From an uncultured Gemmataceae bacterium (GTDB lineage Bacteria > Planctomycetota > Planctomycetia > Gemmatales > Gemmataceae): a stretch of DNA of 64,000 nucleotides. Positions 20,236 to 31,239 of the stretch are shown here, in pieces (the stretch's first letter is position 1; each line of letters opens with the position of its first letter). A program made the position numbers and the translations under genes. The DNA is taken from contig CAVVPN010000003.1 of the NCBI GenBank assembly GCA_963750165.1, forward strand, positions 736,001-800,000, read 5' to 3'. The notes beneath the pieces were generated by a model. That model did not search any database. It had not been told where the DNA came from and was given only the letters and a program-made list of their open reading frames with translations.

Positions 20236-23200
20236 ATGGCAAGCCGGTTCCGCCCTGCATCCCGTGGCGCCCGCCGTCGTCAACCGCAACTCGAGTGCCT
20301 TGAAGCGCGCACGCTGCCCGCGCTCATGAACACGACCTTCGTACCCTTTCAGCCCCCGGGTCAGGGCATCAAACCGTTTGCGGGCAGCGGCGGCCCCACC
20401 GGCACCACCCCCGCCGTCATGCGCCACACCTACGGCGCCGATCAGGCGTTCTTCGGCTCCGTCACCGGCGACGGCACCGGCCAGACCATCGCCATCGTCG
20501 ATGCCTACGACCAGCCGACCATCTTCACCGACCTGGCCGCGTTCGACCAGCAGTTCGGACTGCCCGCGCCGCCCAGCTTTACCAAAATCAACCAGAACGG
20601 CAACGCCTCCCCGCTGCCGAACCACGACGTCGTGGGCGGCTGGGGCGTGGAGATCACGCTCGACGTGGAATGGGCGCACGTCATGGCCCCGAAGGCCAAC
20701 ATCCTGCTGGTCGAGGCCAGCTCCGCCAGCAGTTCAAACCTCTTCACCGCCGTGGACGCCGCGCGCAACCACGCCGGCGTCAGCGTCGTGTCCATGAGCT
20801 GGGGCGGCGCCGAGACCTCGGGGGACTCGACATACGACTCCCATTTCATGACGCCCTCCGGCCACAACGGCGTCACCTTCGTCGCCTCCAGCGGCGACGA
20901 CGGCGCTTATGGCAGCGGCACCTCCACCAAGATCGTGGAATATCCAGCCGTCTCGGCGAACGTTCTGGGCGTCGGCGGCACCACCATGGATAGCAACGCC
21001 GACGGCAGCTACGGCACCGAGAGCGGTTGGGGCAACGGCACGAACAGCCGCACCCAGGGCGGCTCAGGCGGCGGCATCAGCAATAACTTCAGCCAGCCCA
21101 GCTACCAGAGCGCCGTCGTGCCAACGAGCATCACCACCACCAAGCGCACCGTCCCCGACGTGGCCCTCGACGCCGACCCCGCCACCGGCGTGCCGATCTA
21201 CGACGTGTACGACGAGGGCAGTTCGACGCCGTGGGCACAATACGGCGGCACCAGTCTGGCGACGCCGATGTGGGCCGGCATCCTCGCCATCGCCGACCAG
21301 GGTCGCGCGCTCAACGGCCTGCCAACGCTCGACGGCCCCAGCGGCACCCTGCCCAAAATCTATGCGCTGCCGGCCAGCGACTTCCACGATGTCACCACCG
21401 GCAACAACGGTTACGCCGCTGGCCCGGGCTACGATCTGGTCACCGGCCGCGGCACCCCCATCGTCAACCTGGTGGTCCGCGACCTGTCCGGCCCGGACAT
21501 TGGAGCGCTGACCGTTGGCCCCAACGCGGTGCCGGCCGGCACGCCGGCCACCTTGACGGCGAGCAATGTCTACGAGGCCGGCGGCACCGTCAGCAGCGTG
21601 ACCTTCTACCGCGAGAGTAACGGCACCTCCGGCCTGCAAATCGGCTCGGATACCCTGCTCGGCACCGGCACGCAGAACGGCAGCACCTGGACGTTCACGG
21701 TTTCCACCAGCGGCCTGGCCGCCGGCACCTACACGTTTTACGCGGTCGCCACCGACAGCACCGGCGCCAGCAGTCCCGTCGCCGTCGCGACGCTCACCGT
21801 GGGAACCACGGTCTACGCCGACACGCGCTGGGCCGGGCTCGCCAACGGCACCACCGTGGACGCCGACCCGACGGAGCCGGGCACGGTCACCGGCACCATC
21901 GGCACCAACGCCTTCGCCTCGGTCAACGCCGCCATCGCCGCCGTCCCCAATCAGGGCACGGTCGTTGTCAACGGCGCGAGCGGGGGGAGTTACGGCAACT
22001 TCAGCGAAGACGTCAACATCAACCACCCGATCACCCTGGTGGTCCAGTACGGCCCGGTCACGTTCAACTCCCTGGCCGACGCGGTCAGTAACGCGACCAT
22101 CCTGCTCAGCGGCGTCCCGCTGACCGTCGGCGGCGACAATCTGAGCACCACCGTGGCCGGCATCATCGTTGGCTCCGGTGGGCTGACCAAGAACGGCACC
22201 GGCACGCTGACCCTGAGCGGTGCCAACACCTACACCGGGGCGACGACAGTGGCTGGCGGCACGCTGAGCGTCAACAGCCTGGCCAACGGCGGCAGTGCCA
22301 GCTCCGTCGGCGCCGCGACGAACTCCGCCGCGAACCTCGTGGTGCAGGGCGGCGCCACGCTGCTGTACACCGGAGCCACGGCGAGCACCGACCACGGCTT
22401 CACGGTCGGCAGCGGCGGCGGCACGTTCTCCGTCAGCACCGCGGGGACGACGCTGACCGTCGGCGGCTACCTCGGCATCGGCACCAACGGCCTGACCTTG
22501 ACGGGCGCCGGCAACGCGACGTTCACCAATGTGGTGGTGGGCACGAACATGTTTAACAACACAACGGGCACCGCCGGCCCGCTGACCAAGGGCACGACCG
22601 CCGCCGACAGCGGCACCGATTCGTTCACCTACCCCAACGCCCTGTCCACCGGCAACATCACCGTCAACGACGGCACCCTCGTCCTGGGGAGTGAAACGCT
22701 GAGCAGCAGCGAGGTGCTGACCATCGCCGCGGGCGCCGCCGTCAACTCCACGGGCACGCTGTTCCTGACCGCGAATTCCACGAGCACCACCTCCGAGGTC
22801 ACCGGCGCCGGCACGCTGAACCTGACCGCGACCACCAACGGCCCCACGTCGCCGGACATTTACTTCAACTGGAACGACGCCGACGGCGCCGTCTCGAACT
22901 GGGGCACGCGGATCGCCACCGCTGTCAACCTGGGCGCCGCACAGCGTTACCTGTTCGGCAAGACCAACCAAAACTCGTTCGGCGAGTACGGCCAGAACGC
23001 CGACGCAGTCTTCACCGGCCCCATCACCGGGACGGGCGGCCTGACCGTCATCGGCCAGGACAACTTCACCGGCAGCCATGCGATGGAGGTGCCATTCGTG
23101 CTGGCCGGCGCCGACACGTTCACCGGCACCCTGGAGATCCAGCGCGGCTCCGTCTACCTCGACAACGCCGCGGCGCTGACCCAGGGCAACGCGCTGCTGC

Positions 23201-26200
23201 TGGACCCGGCCTCGGGCAACAACGCCCGGTTATTTCTGTGGGGTTTCAACGCCACGGTGTCGAACCTGACCTCCTCGGGGGCCGGCACGGCGACGATCGC
23301 CAACGGCAACGTCACCAACCCGGCCACGAGCTTGCCGGCCGCGACGCTGACCGTCGTGGAGAACAGTGCCACGACCTACGGCGGGCTGATCGCCCCCACC
23401 GTCACGGAGTTCGACGGCAACACTGGCTCGGGGACGGTCGGCGCCCTGAGTTTGGCCAAGAGCGGCACGGCCGCCCTGACGCTGACCGCGGCCAACACTT
23501 ACACCGGGACCACCCAGGTAAACGCGGGGACGCTGCTGGTCAACAACACGGCAGGGTCGGGCACCGGCGCGGGGAATGTGACCGTGAACGCTGGCGGCAC
23601 CCTCGGCGGGACCGGCACCGTCATCCCCACGACCGGCAACACGGTCACCGTCAACGCCTCGGGCACCTTGACCGGCATCCTGTCCGTTGAAACGGCGGTC
23701 ACTGCTAATGGCGTCGTGCAGCCGGCCGGCTCCGGGTCGCACCTGCTTACGGGCAACGTGACCTTCTCCGCCAGCGGCTCCCTGAACGTCGCCCTCAACG
23801 GCTCCACCCTCGGTTCGGGGTACGTGCAGCTGTATTCCACCGGCACCGTCACGCTCAACGGCGCCACCCTGAACGTGTCCCTGGGCTACACGCCGACTGC
23901 CGGCACCACCTTCGACATCGTGACCAACAACGACAACATGGCGGTGGTCGGTACCTTCAACGGCCTGCCGGAAGGGGCCGTGTTTACCAGTGGCAGCCAG
24001 GCTTTCACGATCACCTACCACGGCGGCGCCGGCCATGACGTGGTGCTGTCCGCCATCAGCGCCAGCCCGCCGGCCATCACCAGCGCCAACACCACCACCT
24101 TCACAGTGGCCCGCAGCAACAGCTTCACCGTGACGGCGACCGGCACCCCGACCCCGACCTTGAGCGAGAGCGGCACGGATGTGCTGCCCAGCGGCGTCAC
24201 CTTCACCGCCGCCACCGGCGTCCTCAGTGGCTCGCCGGCGTCCGGCACGGGCGGGACGTACACGCTGCACTTCACCGCCCACAACGGCGTCGGTAGCGAC
24301 GCCAACCAGACCTTTACCCTGACCGTCAACGAGTCGCCGATCATCACCAGCGCCGGCAGTACGACGTTCACGGTGGGCAGCGCCGGCACGTTCACGGTGG
24401 TCGCCACAGGTAGCCCGGCCCCGACCTTCACGGTGACGAGCGGCACGCTGCCCAGCGGCGTGACCCTCAACGCCACCACGGGCGTGCTCGGCGGCACCCC
24501 GGCCGCCGGCACCGGCGGCACCTATAACCTGAACATCACCGCCAGCAACGGCGTCTACCCCAGCGCGACGCAGCCTTTCACGCTGACCGTCAACCAGGCC
24601 CCGGCCATCACCAGTGCCAACAACACCACCTTCACGGTGGGGACGGCCGGCAGTTTCACGGTGACCGCCACGGGCTATCCGGCGCCGACGTTCGCGCTGA
24701 ACGGCCCCCTGCCCACCGGCCTGAGCCTGGACGCCAGCACTGGCATCCTCAGCGGCACCCCGGCCTCTGGCACCGGCGGCAACTACAACAACTACATCGT
24801 GACCGCAAGCAACGGCGTCTCTCCAAACGCCTCGCAGAATTTCACGCTCGTCATCAACCAGGCCCCGTCGGTGGTGACGCAGCCGGTCAACCGGATCGTC
24901 ACTTCCGGTGGCACCGCGAGCTTTACCGTGACCCCCTCCGGGACTCCGAGCCCCACGCTGCAGTGGTATGTCAGCACCGACGGCGGCGCCACCTTCAACC
25001 CGGTTGCCGGCGCCACCGGGATGACGCTGACGCTGAGCAACGTCACGGTGGCCATGAGCAGCAACGAGTATCAGGCTGTCCTCACCAACGTCGTCGGTAC
25101 CGCCACCTCCAACGCCGCCACGCTCACCGTCAACCCGATCACCACCGCCACAACGCTGACCGACAACGGCCCCAACCCCTCCATCCTTGACCAGGCTGTC
25201 AGCTTCACCGTCACTGTGACGGGCGGCGTCCCCGACGGCAGCACCGTCACCCTGCAGGACGCCAGCAACGGCAACGCGGTCGTCGGCACCGGCACCCTGA
25301 CCAGCGGGACCACGACCATCACCGTGTCGGCGCTGGCGCTGGGCACGCACGCACTGTTCGCGGTCTACAGCGGCGACTCCGATCACACCGGCAGCCAGTC
25401 CGGCCAGGTCAGTCAGCTGGTGAACGCCGCCACCGGGACGACCACGACCACGACGATCACGGACCTGGGTCCGAACCCGTCGCTGAACTTCGGCGACACC
25501 ATCCAGCCGGTCACGTTTCTGGTCCACGTCAGCGCCGCCGACAACGCCGCCCTCACCGGCGACCTGGTTTCGCTGCTGGACAACAACGTCGCCCTCGCCG
25601 GCACCAGCACCGCCCTGGACGCCAACAACAACGCCATCATCACTGTCGCGAATTTCGCCGTCGGCAGCCACCCCATCGCCGCCACCTTCGCCGCTCAGGA
25701 GACCTTCGCCCCCAGCACCTCTCCCCAGGTCACCCAGAACGTCGTCAGCAGCTTCCAGGTGGGCGCTGCCACGCTCGCGGGCAACGCCGTCCAGCTGGTC
25801 TTCGACGGTCCCATCGACCCCAACACCACCCAGCTCTACTACAGCCCCAGCGCCACCGCGGTGGCGCCGGATGTCACCCTGACCGGCCCGAGCGGCAGCG
25901 TCAAGGGCTCGCTGGTCCTCGACGCCACCAACCCCAACGTCGCCACCTTCGTCGCCACCGCCGGCCCCCTCGCCGCCGGCAGTTACACGGTCGCCGTCAC
26001 CACCGCTGTTCAGGCCCTCGGCGGCGCCACCCTCACCGCCGACTACAGCCAGGCTCTTACCGCGGCGCCGGTCACCCCGGTGGTGACGGCGGCCAACGTC
26101 GCTCGCGGCCCCGGCGAAACCGTGAACGTACCCAACACCGGCACCGGACTGCCCATCACGGTGAGCGGCCTCACTGCCGCCGTTCAGTCCGCCTCCTTCA

Positions 26201-29200
26201 CGCTGACCTATGACCCGACCCTCCTCACCGTGACGGCCGCCGCTCTCTCGTCCGACGCCGCCACCAGCGGCGACCTCGTCCTCAAACCAATCATCTTCAC
26301 CAGCATCGACGCCCACCACATGCAGATCGCCTTTACCATCATCGGCGGCAGCGGCGGCGGCCACTGGGACCCCAGCGGCGACACCGGCACCCTGCTCACC
26401 CTGAGCGCCACCGTGCCGGATAACGCCCCCTACACGCAGAAGGCCCTGCTCAACACTCAGAATGTGGTCATCAACGGCACCGCTGCTCAGGGCGACGACG
26501 CCGTGGATGTCAACGCCTTTCCCGGCGACGTGCATGCCGACGGGCACTACACTGGCCTGGACGCCACCCTGATCTCCCGGGTCGTCACTGGTCAGGGCAC
26601 CGGCTTTACCCCCTTCAAGGACCTCGACCCCTTCCTCATCGGCAGCGTTACCGGCAGTGGCACCCTGGCCGTCAACGGCCTTGACGCCACTGACGTTTCC
26701 AGTGCCGCCGTCGGCTCCTTCCCCAGCGTCATTCCCCAACCGCCCACCGGCTTCACCATCACCGGCCCGCTCGGCCCCGACCCCCGGCTCTACCTCGCCG
26801 CCGCCACCGGTGGCGACGGCCAGACCGTTACCGTTCAGGAACGCTTCAACGTCTCCGGTGCCGATCCCAGCACCGAGATCGATGCCATCGACTCGGTCAT
26901 CGAGTACGACCCCAGCAAATTCACGGTCTCCAACATCCGCGCCGGCTCACTGCTGCCGGGCTTCAGCGTCACCACCAACGTGGATGCCGTCCACGGCGTC
27001 ATCCGCGTCAGCGAGTTCACCGCCAACCCGGCCCAGGCCCCCAACCCCACCGATGGCGATGTCCTGCTCCTCGACTTCACCGTCAACAGCAGCGCCCCGC
27101 TCGGCCCCTCGCCGCTCAAGCTGGCCGCCAGCTACACCGACGCCAACAACACCAGCACCACCACCGCCGTCTACAACGCCACCAGCGCCCTGACGCTCGG
27201 GCCGGCGCCGCAGAACCCCAGCACCCTGCCCCTGAGCGGCAGCACCGTCAGCCCCTTCGTCACCAACGTGGACAACTACTTCAGCGTCGTCGGCCACAGC
27301 GGCACCGAGGGCTTCCCGGCCAACACCACGGCCACGGCCGGCGGCACCGTTACCATCCCCATCAACTTCAGCAACGGCCCGGTTCCCTTCGACATCGCCG
27401 CCGTCGATAACGCCATCAAGTTCAACCCGCTGCTGCTGCAGGTCACCAACGTCACCGTCGGCAGCCTGCTGATGGGCTTCAGCCTGACCACCAACGTGGA
27501 TAACACCAACGGCGTGCTGCGCACCAGCGAGTTCACCGCCAACGAGGCGGCGGTCAGCGGCGGCCAGGTCGGGGCGGTGCTGCAGATCACCTTCGCGGTC
27601 AATGGCTCGGCCAGCGGTAGCATCCCGCTGTACATCCTGCAGTCCTACACCGACAGCAACAACACCACGACCACGACCGCGGTTTACGACGACAACGGCG
27701 CCATCACGCTGACGCCGGCGCCGCAGGGCACCGGCAGCAACCCCGTGTTCGTGACCGGCGTGGATGGCAACCTCAACATCGTGGTGCAACCCAACCAGCC
27801 GCCCTACGCCAGCCTGCCAGTGCCGGCGGTCATCCCGGAGGCGCTGTTCAACCCGGCGGCCCACGCCGGCCTGCAGACGGTTACGCCCAACACCGTGGCC
27901 TTCTCGTCAGCCACTGGCGACGCCATCATCGTGACCGACAGCGACTACACCGCGAGCGGCTCCCCCGAGACGACGACGCTGACCCTGACCGGTTCGCCGG
28001 CGGGCACCTCGAGCGGCCCGGTGGGCACGCTGACGGCAGCGGCCAGCGGCCAGGCCATGGTCAGCGGCGGCGGCACGCAGCCGCTGGTCATCACCGGCAG
28101 CCCGAGCGACATCACGGCCACGCTCAGCAGCCTGGTGTACACGCCGGGCCCGGGCTTCTTCGGCACGGCGACGCTGACGGTGAGCACCACCGACAACGGC
28201 AACAGCGGCTACGGCGGCTCGCTGACGGATGTCCGCTCCACGAGCATCACCGTGGTCGGCCTGTTCCTGAGTGAGATCGACACGCTCAAGGGCAACACGA
28301 CCAACCCCAGCCAGTACATTGAGGTCTTCTCGACGGTGCCCAGCTACACCATCCCGCCGGGCGTGTACCTGACGGGCATCAACGGGGTCTCGGGCAGCAC
28401 GCCGGCTGCGGGTGTGGTGGCCGACATCTTCAACCTGAGCAATTTCACGACCGGCAGCAACGGCTACCTGGCGCTGCTGCAGAAGAGCGAGAAGTACAGC
28501 AGCGGCGGCTTTGAGGTGGCCGGTGGCAACCAGCTGGACAACAGCGGTACGGGGGTCGGGTTCGGCAGCGGTAACACGAGCAAGTTCGGCACGGTCACTG
28601 GCGTGCATACCGGCAGTACCCGGCCGAGCGGCCAGCTGGCCACCGACATCCTCCTGACGGGGGCGGAGAGCTTCCTGCTCATTCAGACGCCGACGGCGCC
28701 GACGACGACGACGAACATTGATCCGGCCAACACTGGCAACCCGAGCAACCAGACATCGGCGTACAACGGCTGGAACGTGCTGGACTCGGTGGGCATCCTG
28801 GACAGCGCCAGCACCAGCCACGCGTACGCGGCGATCACCTTCAAGCCGACGGGGGCGACCGGCACGACGCTGGCGGGCTCGAACGTGGTGAACACGGGCA
28901 CCTGGGTGGCGAACTACGTGGGCCGCATCGCCCAGAACACCGGCAGCAGCGGCGCCGACTGGCTGGGCAGCGTGGTCACCGGCACGCCGAGCAGCGGCAT
29001 GTTCTTCCTGGGGAGCCCGAACAGCACGGCGTTCGCGGGGCAGCCGCTGAACAGCATCGGCGGGCCGAACGACTGGGCGCCGCAGTTGACGGTGGCGGTG
29101 AACGACGACAGTTCCAACCAGCACTCGCAGGTGGCGGAGCTGACGCTGACGTTCAGCACGCCGGTGAACATCGTCGATCTGGCGAGCGACTTCGTGCTCA

Positions 29201-29994
29201 AGGATGCGTCGGGCAACCCGCTGAGCATCAACGTCAGCGACCCGAACACCGGAGCGACGACGATGGATGCCACCGGCCCGGTGCCGGACAGCGCGGCGAC
29301 GCTGTTGTTCGTCACCTTCAACGCTGACGCGACGCACACGTTCAACTTCATCACGCCGTACCTGGACCAGTTCGGCAACACGCTGACGGTCGGGTTGGTG
29401 GACGGCAACTACTTCCTGAACACGAAGGTGGCCGACATCAGCGCCGCCAGCAATAGTGCGGTGCTGCTGGACGGCGCCAAAAACGGCATGAGCGGCAGCA
29501 CGACAAGCGGGACCGGCAACCTCAACGGCAACGGTGTCAACCAGGTGGACGAGTTCTGGCGGCTGTTCGGCGACACGGAGGGGCGGCGGCAGGTGGATGG
29601 TGTGGACACGACGAACTTCCGCACGGTGAACGGCGTGACGGCGGCGACCAGTGGGATGACGGCGGGGATCCTGGCGGCGAGCGAGTCGAACAACACGGTG
29701 ACGATCACGACCTCGGCGCCGAGTGGTTTCCTGATGGGCGAGATCGTGAACATCGTGGGTCTGCCGGCGGGGTACAACGGCTCGTTCGTGATCCTGTCGG
29801 TGAACGGCAACACGTTCACGTACATGGCGCCGACGAGCGGCCTGACGGCGGTGACCAACCCGACGGGGGCGGCGGCGACGCTGAACTCGTACCAGTGGTA
29901 TCTGGACTACAACGAGGATGGGGTGATCGACGTGGGCAACACGCTGGACCAGACCCAGCTGATTAACCGCCTGTTCACGCAACTGCCCGCGTGA
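20236..29994 (+). CDS. Giant secreted protein: S53 (sedolisin) peptidase, autotransporter-associated beta-strand repeats, Ig-like repeats, cohesin- and dockerin-like modules
   Basis: LECLEARTLP export motif; EITLD, SSGD and GGTSLATP S53 catalytic motifs; LTKNGTGTLTLSGANTYTG repeats; LPSGVT...TGVLSGTP He_PIG-like repeats; YDP..V..V..GSLL cohesin-like units; GDVHADG and DYNEDG dockerin-like motifs. Confidence 0.9.
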   Translation: MASRFRPASRGARRRQPQLECLEARTLPALMNTTFVPFQPPGQGIKPFAGSGGPTGTTPAVMRHTYGADQAFFGSVTGDGTGQTIAIVDAYDQPTIFTDLAAFDQQFGLPAPPSFTKINQNGNASPLPNHDVVGGWGVEITLDVEWAHVMAPKANILLVEASSASSSNLFTAVDAARNHAGVSVVSMSWGGAETSGDSTYDSHFMTPSGHNGVTFVASSGDDGAYGSGTSTKIVEYPAVSANVLGVGGTTMDSNADGSYGTESGWGNGTNSRTQGGSGGGISNNFSQPSYQSAVVPTSITTTKRTVPDVALDADPATGVPIYDVYDEGSSTPWAQYGGTSLATPMWAGILAIADQGRALNGLPTLDGPSGTLPKIYALPASDFHDVTTGNNGYAAGPGYDLVTGRGTPIVNLVVRDLSGPDIGALTVGPNAVPAGTPATLTASNVYEAGGTVSSVTFYRESNGTSGLQIGSDTLLGTGTQNGSTWTFTVSTSGLAAGTYTFYAVATDSTGASSPVAVATLTVGTTVYADTRWAGLANGTTVDADPTEPGTVTGTIGTNAFASVNAAIAAVPNQGTVVVNGASGGSYGNFSEDVNINHPITLVVQYGPVTFNSLADAVSNATILLSGVPLTVGGDNLSTTVAGIIVGSGGLTKNGTGTLTLSGANTYTGATTVAGGTLSVNSLANGGSASSVGAATNSAANLVVQGGATLLYTGATASTDHGFTVGSGGGTFSVSTAGTTLTVGGYLGIGTNGLTLTGAGNATFTNVVVGTNMFNNTTGTAGPLTKGTTAADSGTDSFTYPNALSTGNITVNDGTLVLGSETLSSSEVLTIAAGAAVNSTGTLFLTANSTSTTSEVTGAGTLNLTATTNGPTSPDIYFNWNDADGAVSNWGTRIATAVNLGAAQRYLFGKTNQNSFGEYGQNADAVFTGPITGTGGLTVIGQDNFTGSHAMEVPFVLAGADTFTGTLEIQRGSVYLDNAAALTQGNALLLDPASGNNARLFLWGFNATVSNLTSSGAGTATIANGNVTNPATSLPAATLTVVENSATTYGGLIAPTVTEFDGNTGSGTVGALSLAKSGTAALTLTAANTYTGTTQVNAGTLLVNNTAGSGTGAGNVTVNAGGTLGGTGTVIPTTGNTVTVNASGTLTGILSVETAVTANGVVQPAGSGSHLLTGNVTFSASGSLNVALNGSTLGSGYVQLYSTGTVTLNGATLNVSLGYTPTAGTTFDIVTNNDNMAVVGTFNGLPEGAVFTSGSQAFTITYHGGAGHDVVLSAISASPPAITSANTTTFTVARSNSFTVTATGTPTPTLSESGTDVLPSGVTFTAATGVLSGSPASGTGGTYTLHFTAHNGVGSDANQTFTLTVNESPIITSAGSTTFTVGSAGTFTVVATGSPAPTFTVTSGTLPSGVTLNATTGVLGGTPAAGTGGTYNLNITASNGVYPSATQPFTLTVNQAPAITSANNTTFTVGTAGSFTVTATGYPAPTFALNGPLPTGLSLDASTGILSGTPASGTGGNYNNYIVTASNGVSPNASQNFTLVINQAPSVVTQPVNRIVTSGGTASFTVTPSGTPSPTLQWYVSTDGGATFNPVAGATGMTLTLSNVTVAMSSNEYQAVLTNVVGTATSNAATLTVNPITTATTLTDNGPNPSILDQAVSFTVTVTGGVPDGSTVTLQDASNGNAVVGTGTLTSGTTTITVSALALGTHALFAVYSGDSDHTGSQSGQVSQLVNAATGTTTTTTITDLGPNPSLNFGDTIQPVTFLVHVSAADNAALTGDLVSLLDNNVALAGTSTALDANNNAIITVANFAVGSHPIAATFAAQETFAPSTSPQVTQNVVSSFQVGAATLAGNAVQLVFDGPIDPNTTQLYYSPSATAVAPDVTLTGPSGSVKGSLVLDATNPNVATFVATAGPLAAGSYTVAVTTAVQALGGATLTADYSQALTAAPVTPVVTAANVARGPGETVNVPNTGTGLPITVSGLTAAVQSASFTLTYDPTLLTVTAAALSSDAATSGDLVLKPIIFTSIDAHHMQIAFTIIGGSGGGHWDPSGDTGTLLTLSATVPDNAPYTQKALLNTQNVVINGTAAQGDDAVDVNAFPGDVHADGHYTGLDATLISRVVTGQGTGFTPFKDLDPFLIGSVTGSGTLAVNGLDATDVSSAAVGSFPSVIPQPPTGFTITGPLGPDPRLYLAAATGGDGQTVTVQERFNVSGADPSTEIDAIDSVIEYDPSKFTVSNIRAGSLLPGFSVTTNVDAVHGVIRVSEFTANPAQAPNPTDGDVLLLDFTVNSSAPLGPSPLKLAASYTDANNTSTTTAVYNATSALTLGPAPQNPSTLPLSGSTVSPFVTNVDNYFSVVGHSGTEGFPANTTATAGGTVTIPINFSNGPVPFDIAAVDNAIKFNPLLLQVTNVTVGSLLMGFSLTTNVDNTNGVLRTSEFTANEAAVSGGQVGAVLQITFAVNGSASGSIPLYILQSYTDSNNTTTTTAVYDDNGAITLTPAPQGTGSNPVFVTGVDGNLNIVVQPNQPPYASLPVPAVIPEALFNPAAHAGLQTVTPNTVAFSSATGDAIIVTDSDYTASGSPETTTLTLTGSPAGTSSGPVGTLTAAASGQAMVSGGGTQPLVITGSPSDITATLSSLVYTPGPGFFGTATLTVSTTDNGNSGYGGSLTDVRSTSITVVGLFLSEIDTLKGNTTNPSQYIEVFSTVPSYTIPPGVYLTGINGVSGSTPAAGVVADIFNLSNFTTGSNGYLALLQKSEKYSSGGFEVAGGNQLDNSGTGVGFGSGNTSKFGTVTGVHTGSTRPSGQLATDILLTGAESFLLIQTPTAPTTTTNIDPANTGNPSNQTSAYNGWNVLDSVGILDSASTSHAYAAITFKPTGATGTTLAGSNVVNTGTWVANYVGRIAQNTGSSGADWLGSVVTGTPSSGMFFLGSPNSTAFAGQPLNSIGGPNDWAPQLTVAVNDDSSNQHSQVAELTLTFSTPVNIVDLASDFVLKDASGNPLSINVSDPNTGATTMDATGPVPDSAATLLFVTFNADATHTFNFITPYLDQFGNTLTVGLVDGNYFLNTKVADISAASNSAVLLDGAKNGMSGSTTSGTGNLNGNGVNQVDEFWRLFGDTEGRRQVDGVDTTNFRTVNGVTAATSGMTAGILAASESNNTVTITTSAPSGFLMGEIVNIVGLPAGYNGSFVILSVNGNTFTYMAPTSGLTAVTNPTGAAATLNSYQWYLDYNEDGVIDVGNTLDQTQLINRLFTQLPA

Positions 29995-30000
29995 GTCTCG

Positions 30001-30047
30001 TGAGCCCGCAGCGCCAGCGTTGGATCCTCGCTGGCGCTGCGGGCTCA
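30001..30047. repeat. REP-like hairpin between convergent genes (related to family A)
   Basis: tgagcccgcagcgccagcg...cgctggcgctgcgggctca. Confidence 0.8.
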
Positions 30048-30058
30048 AGAACAGACGC

Positions 30059-30961
30059 CTACTTGTTGAACACCACGTCCGTCAAACCCACATTGAACTG
30101 CACATCAACGTAACTGAAGCACTCCAGCAGATCGCCGCCGGCCGGGCCGCCCTGACGCGGCCAGTCGTAGACCTCGACGCGGATCGGCAGCCGCGATTCC
30201 TTCTCGAAGTACACCACACTGCGGTAGGTCGGGAACGCCGGCCCCGGTTCGGTGTGGACCGCCTCGACGCGAACGCAGCGGCGTTGGTTGTACTCGTACT
30301 CCGCCAGGGTCACCGCCGTCCGGCCGAGCTGTCGCTCCTGCGCCCAGTCGCGGCCGAAGCGCTCGATCAAGTTGCCAATGCCGGCCTCCCGGATGGTGTG
30401 GTTGCTGTGCTCCAGCACACGCGGATCGCTCGGGTCGATGGTCACGAAGCCGAACATGCTCGCCGCCCCGGTCGGGTGGACGCGCATCTTGTTGTTATTC
30501 CGGCCCTCGACGTAACAAACCTCCTGGCCCGCCAGATCGCGCGGCGTCAGCCAGCGCAGGTAGACGCTGAACGGCTGCTGGCGGAACTTCATGGCCATGA
30601 TGTATTCCGGCTCCAGCTTGCCCTTAACGCGCTCCTGCGATACCAACGTGCAGGTGTAGTCGTGGACGCGCTGGTACGTCTGCCGGGCCTCCGCCACCAG
30701 CGCGAGCGGAGCGTCCAGCGGCGAGGCGTTCACCGTGGCCTGCACCGCTGGGCCGGGCGCCGGCGCCTGCGGCGCAGTCGCGGCCGGGTCCGCCGACGCC
30801 GTGGACAGCGAAATGCCCGACGACAACGCCGAGCCGAACGCCACCGCGCCGCCGCACAGACCCAGCAGCAGTGCCGCGCGCAGGCGGTCCAGGGTGAGTT
30901 GCCAGATCCACTGGACGGTCGAATTCGCGCTGCCGCGCTGCTCCTTCGTGATCTCAGACAT
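30059..30961 (-). CDS. DUF1571 domain protein
   Basis: GAAGGAG RBS; DYTCTLVSQERV, PFSVYLRW, EVCYVEGRNNNKM, I.EAGIGNLI, LPIRVEVYDWP. Confidence 0.85.
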   Translation of the reverse strand: MSEITKEQRGSANSTVQWIWQLTLDRLRAALLLGLCGGAVAFGSALSSGISLSTASADPAATAPQAPAPGPAVQATVNASPLDAPLALVAEARQTYQRVHDYTCTLVSQERVKGKLEPEYIMAMKFRQQPFSVYLRWLTPRDLAGQEVCYVEGRNNNKMRVHPTGAASMFGFVTIDPSDPRVLEHSNHTIREAGIGNLIERFGRDWAQERQLGRTAVTLAEYEYNQRRCVRVEAVHTEPGPAFPTYRSVVYFEKESRLPIRVEVYDWPRQGGPAGGDLLECFSYVDVQFNVGLTDVVFNK

Positions 30962-31239
30962 GTGCGCTCCTTCCGATTGCTCGACGCGGGAAGTCGGTCC
31001 AGGCCCCGGCAAGAAGAAGGGTCGTCCAGGGACCACGGCCGACGGACGTGCTGCGGCTCGTTGACCGGGTCCGCTCGATGCAATCGCCGTACCAACCGCG
31101 TCGCCGCCGGCGCTGCGTCCGCCGAAACTACGGCTTGACAAGGAGTTGATTTTTGGCAAGGGATGGGCACGCCCTGCGCGGCCGGCGCCGGGGCTTGTAT
31201 AACTTACAGCGGACGAGCCGCGGCCGGCGAGGAGAACGC

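Noticed and set aside
21064..30048. Long antisense ORFs (e.g. 23230..26739, 27907..30048; also 8634..11117, 53853..56093)
   Set aside because: Shadow frames of GC-rich sense genes, with no motifs and biased Arg/Gly/Ala/Val composition.
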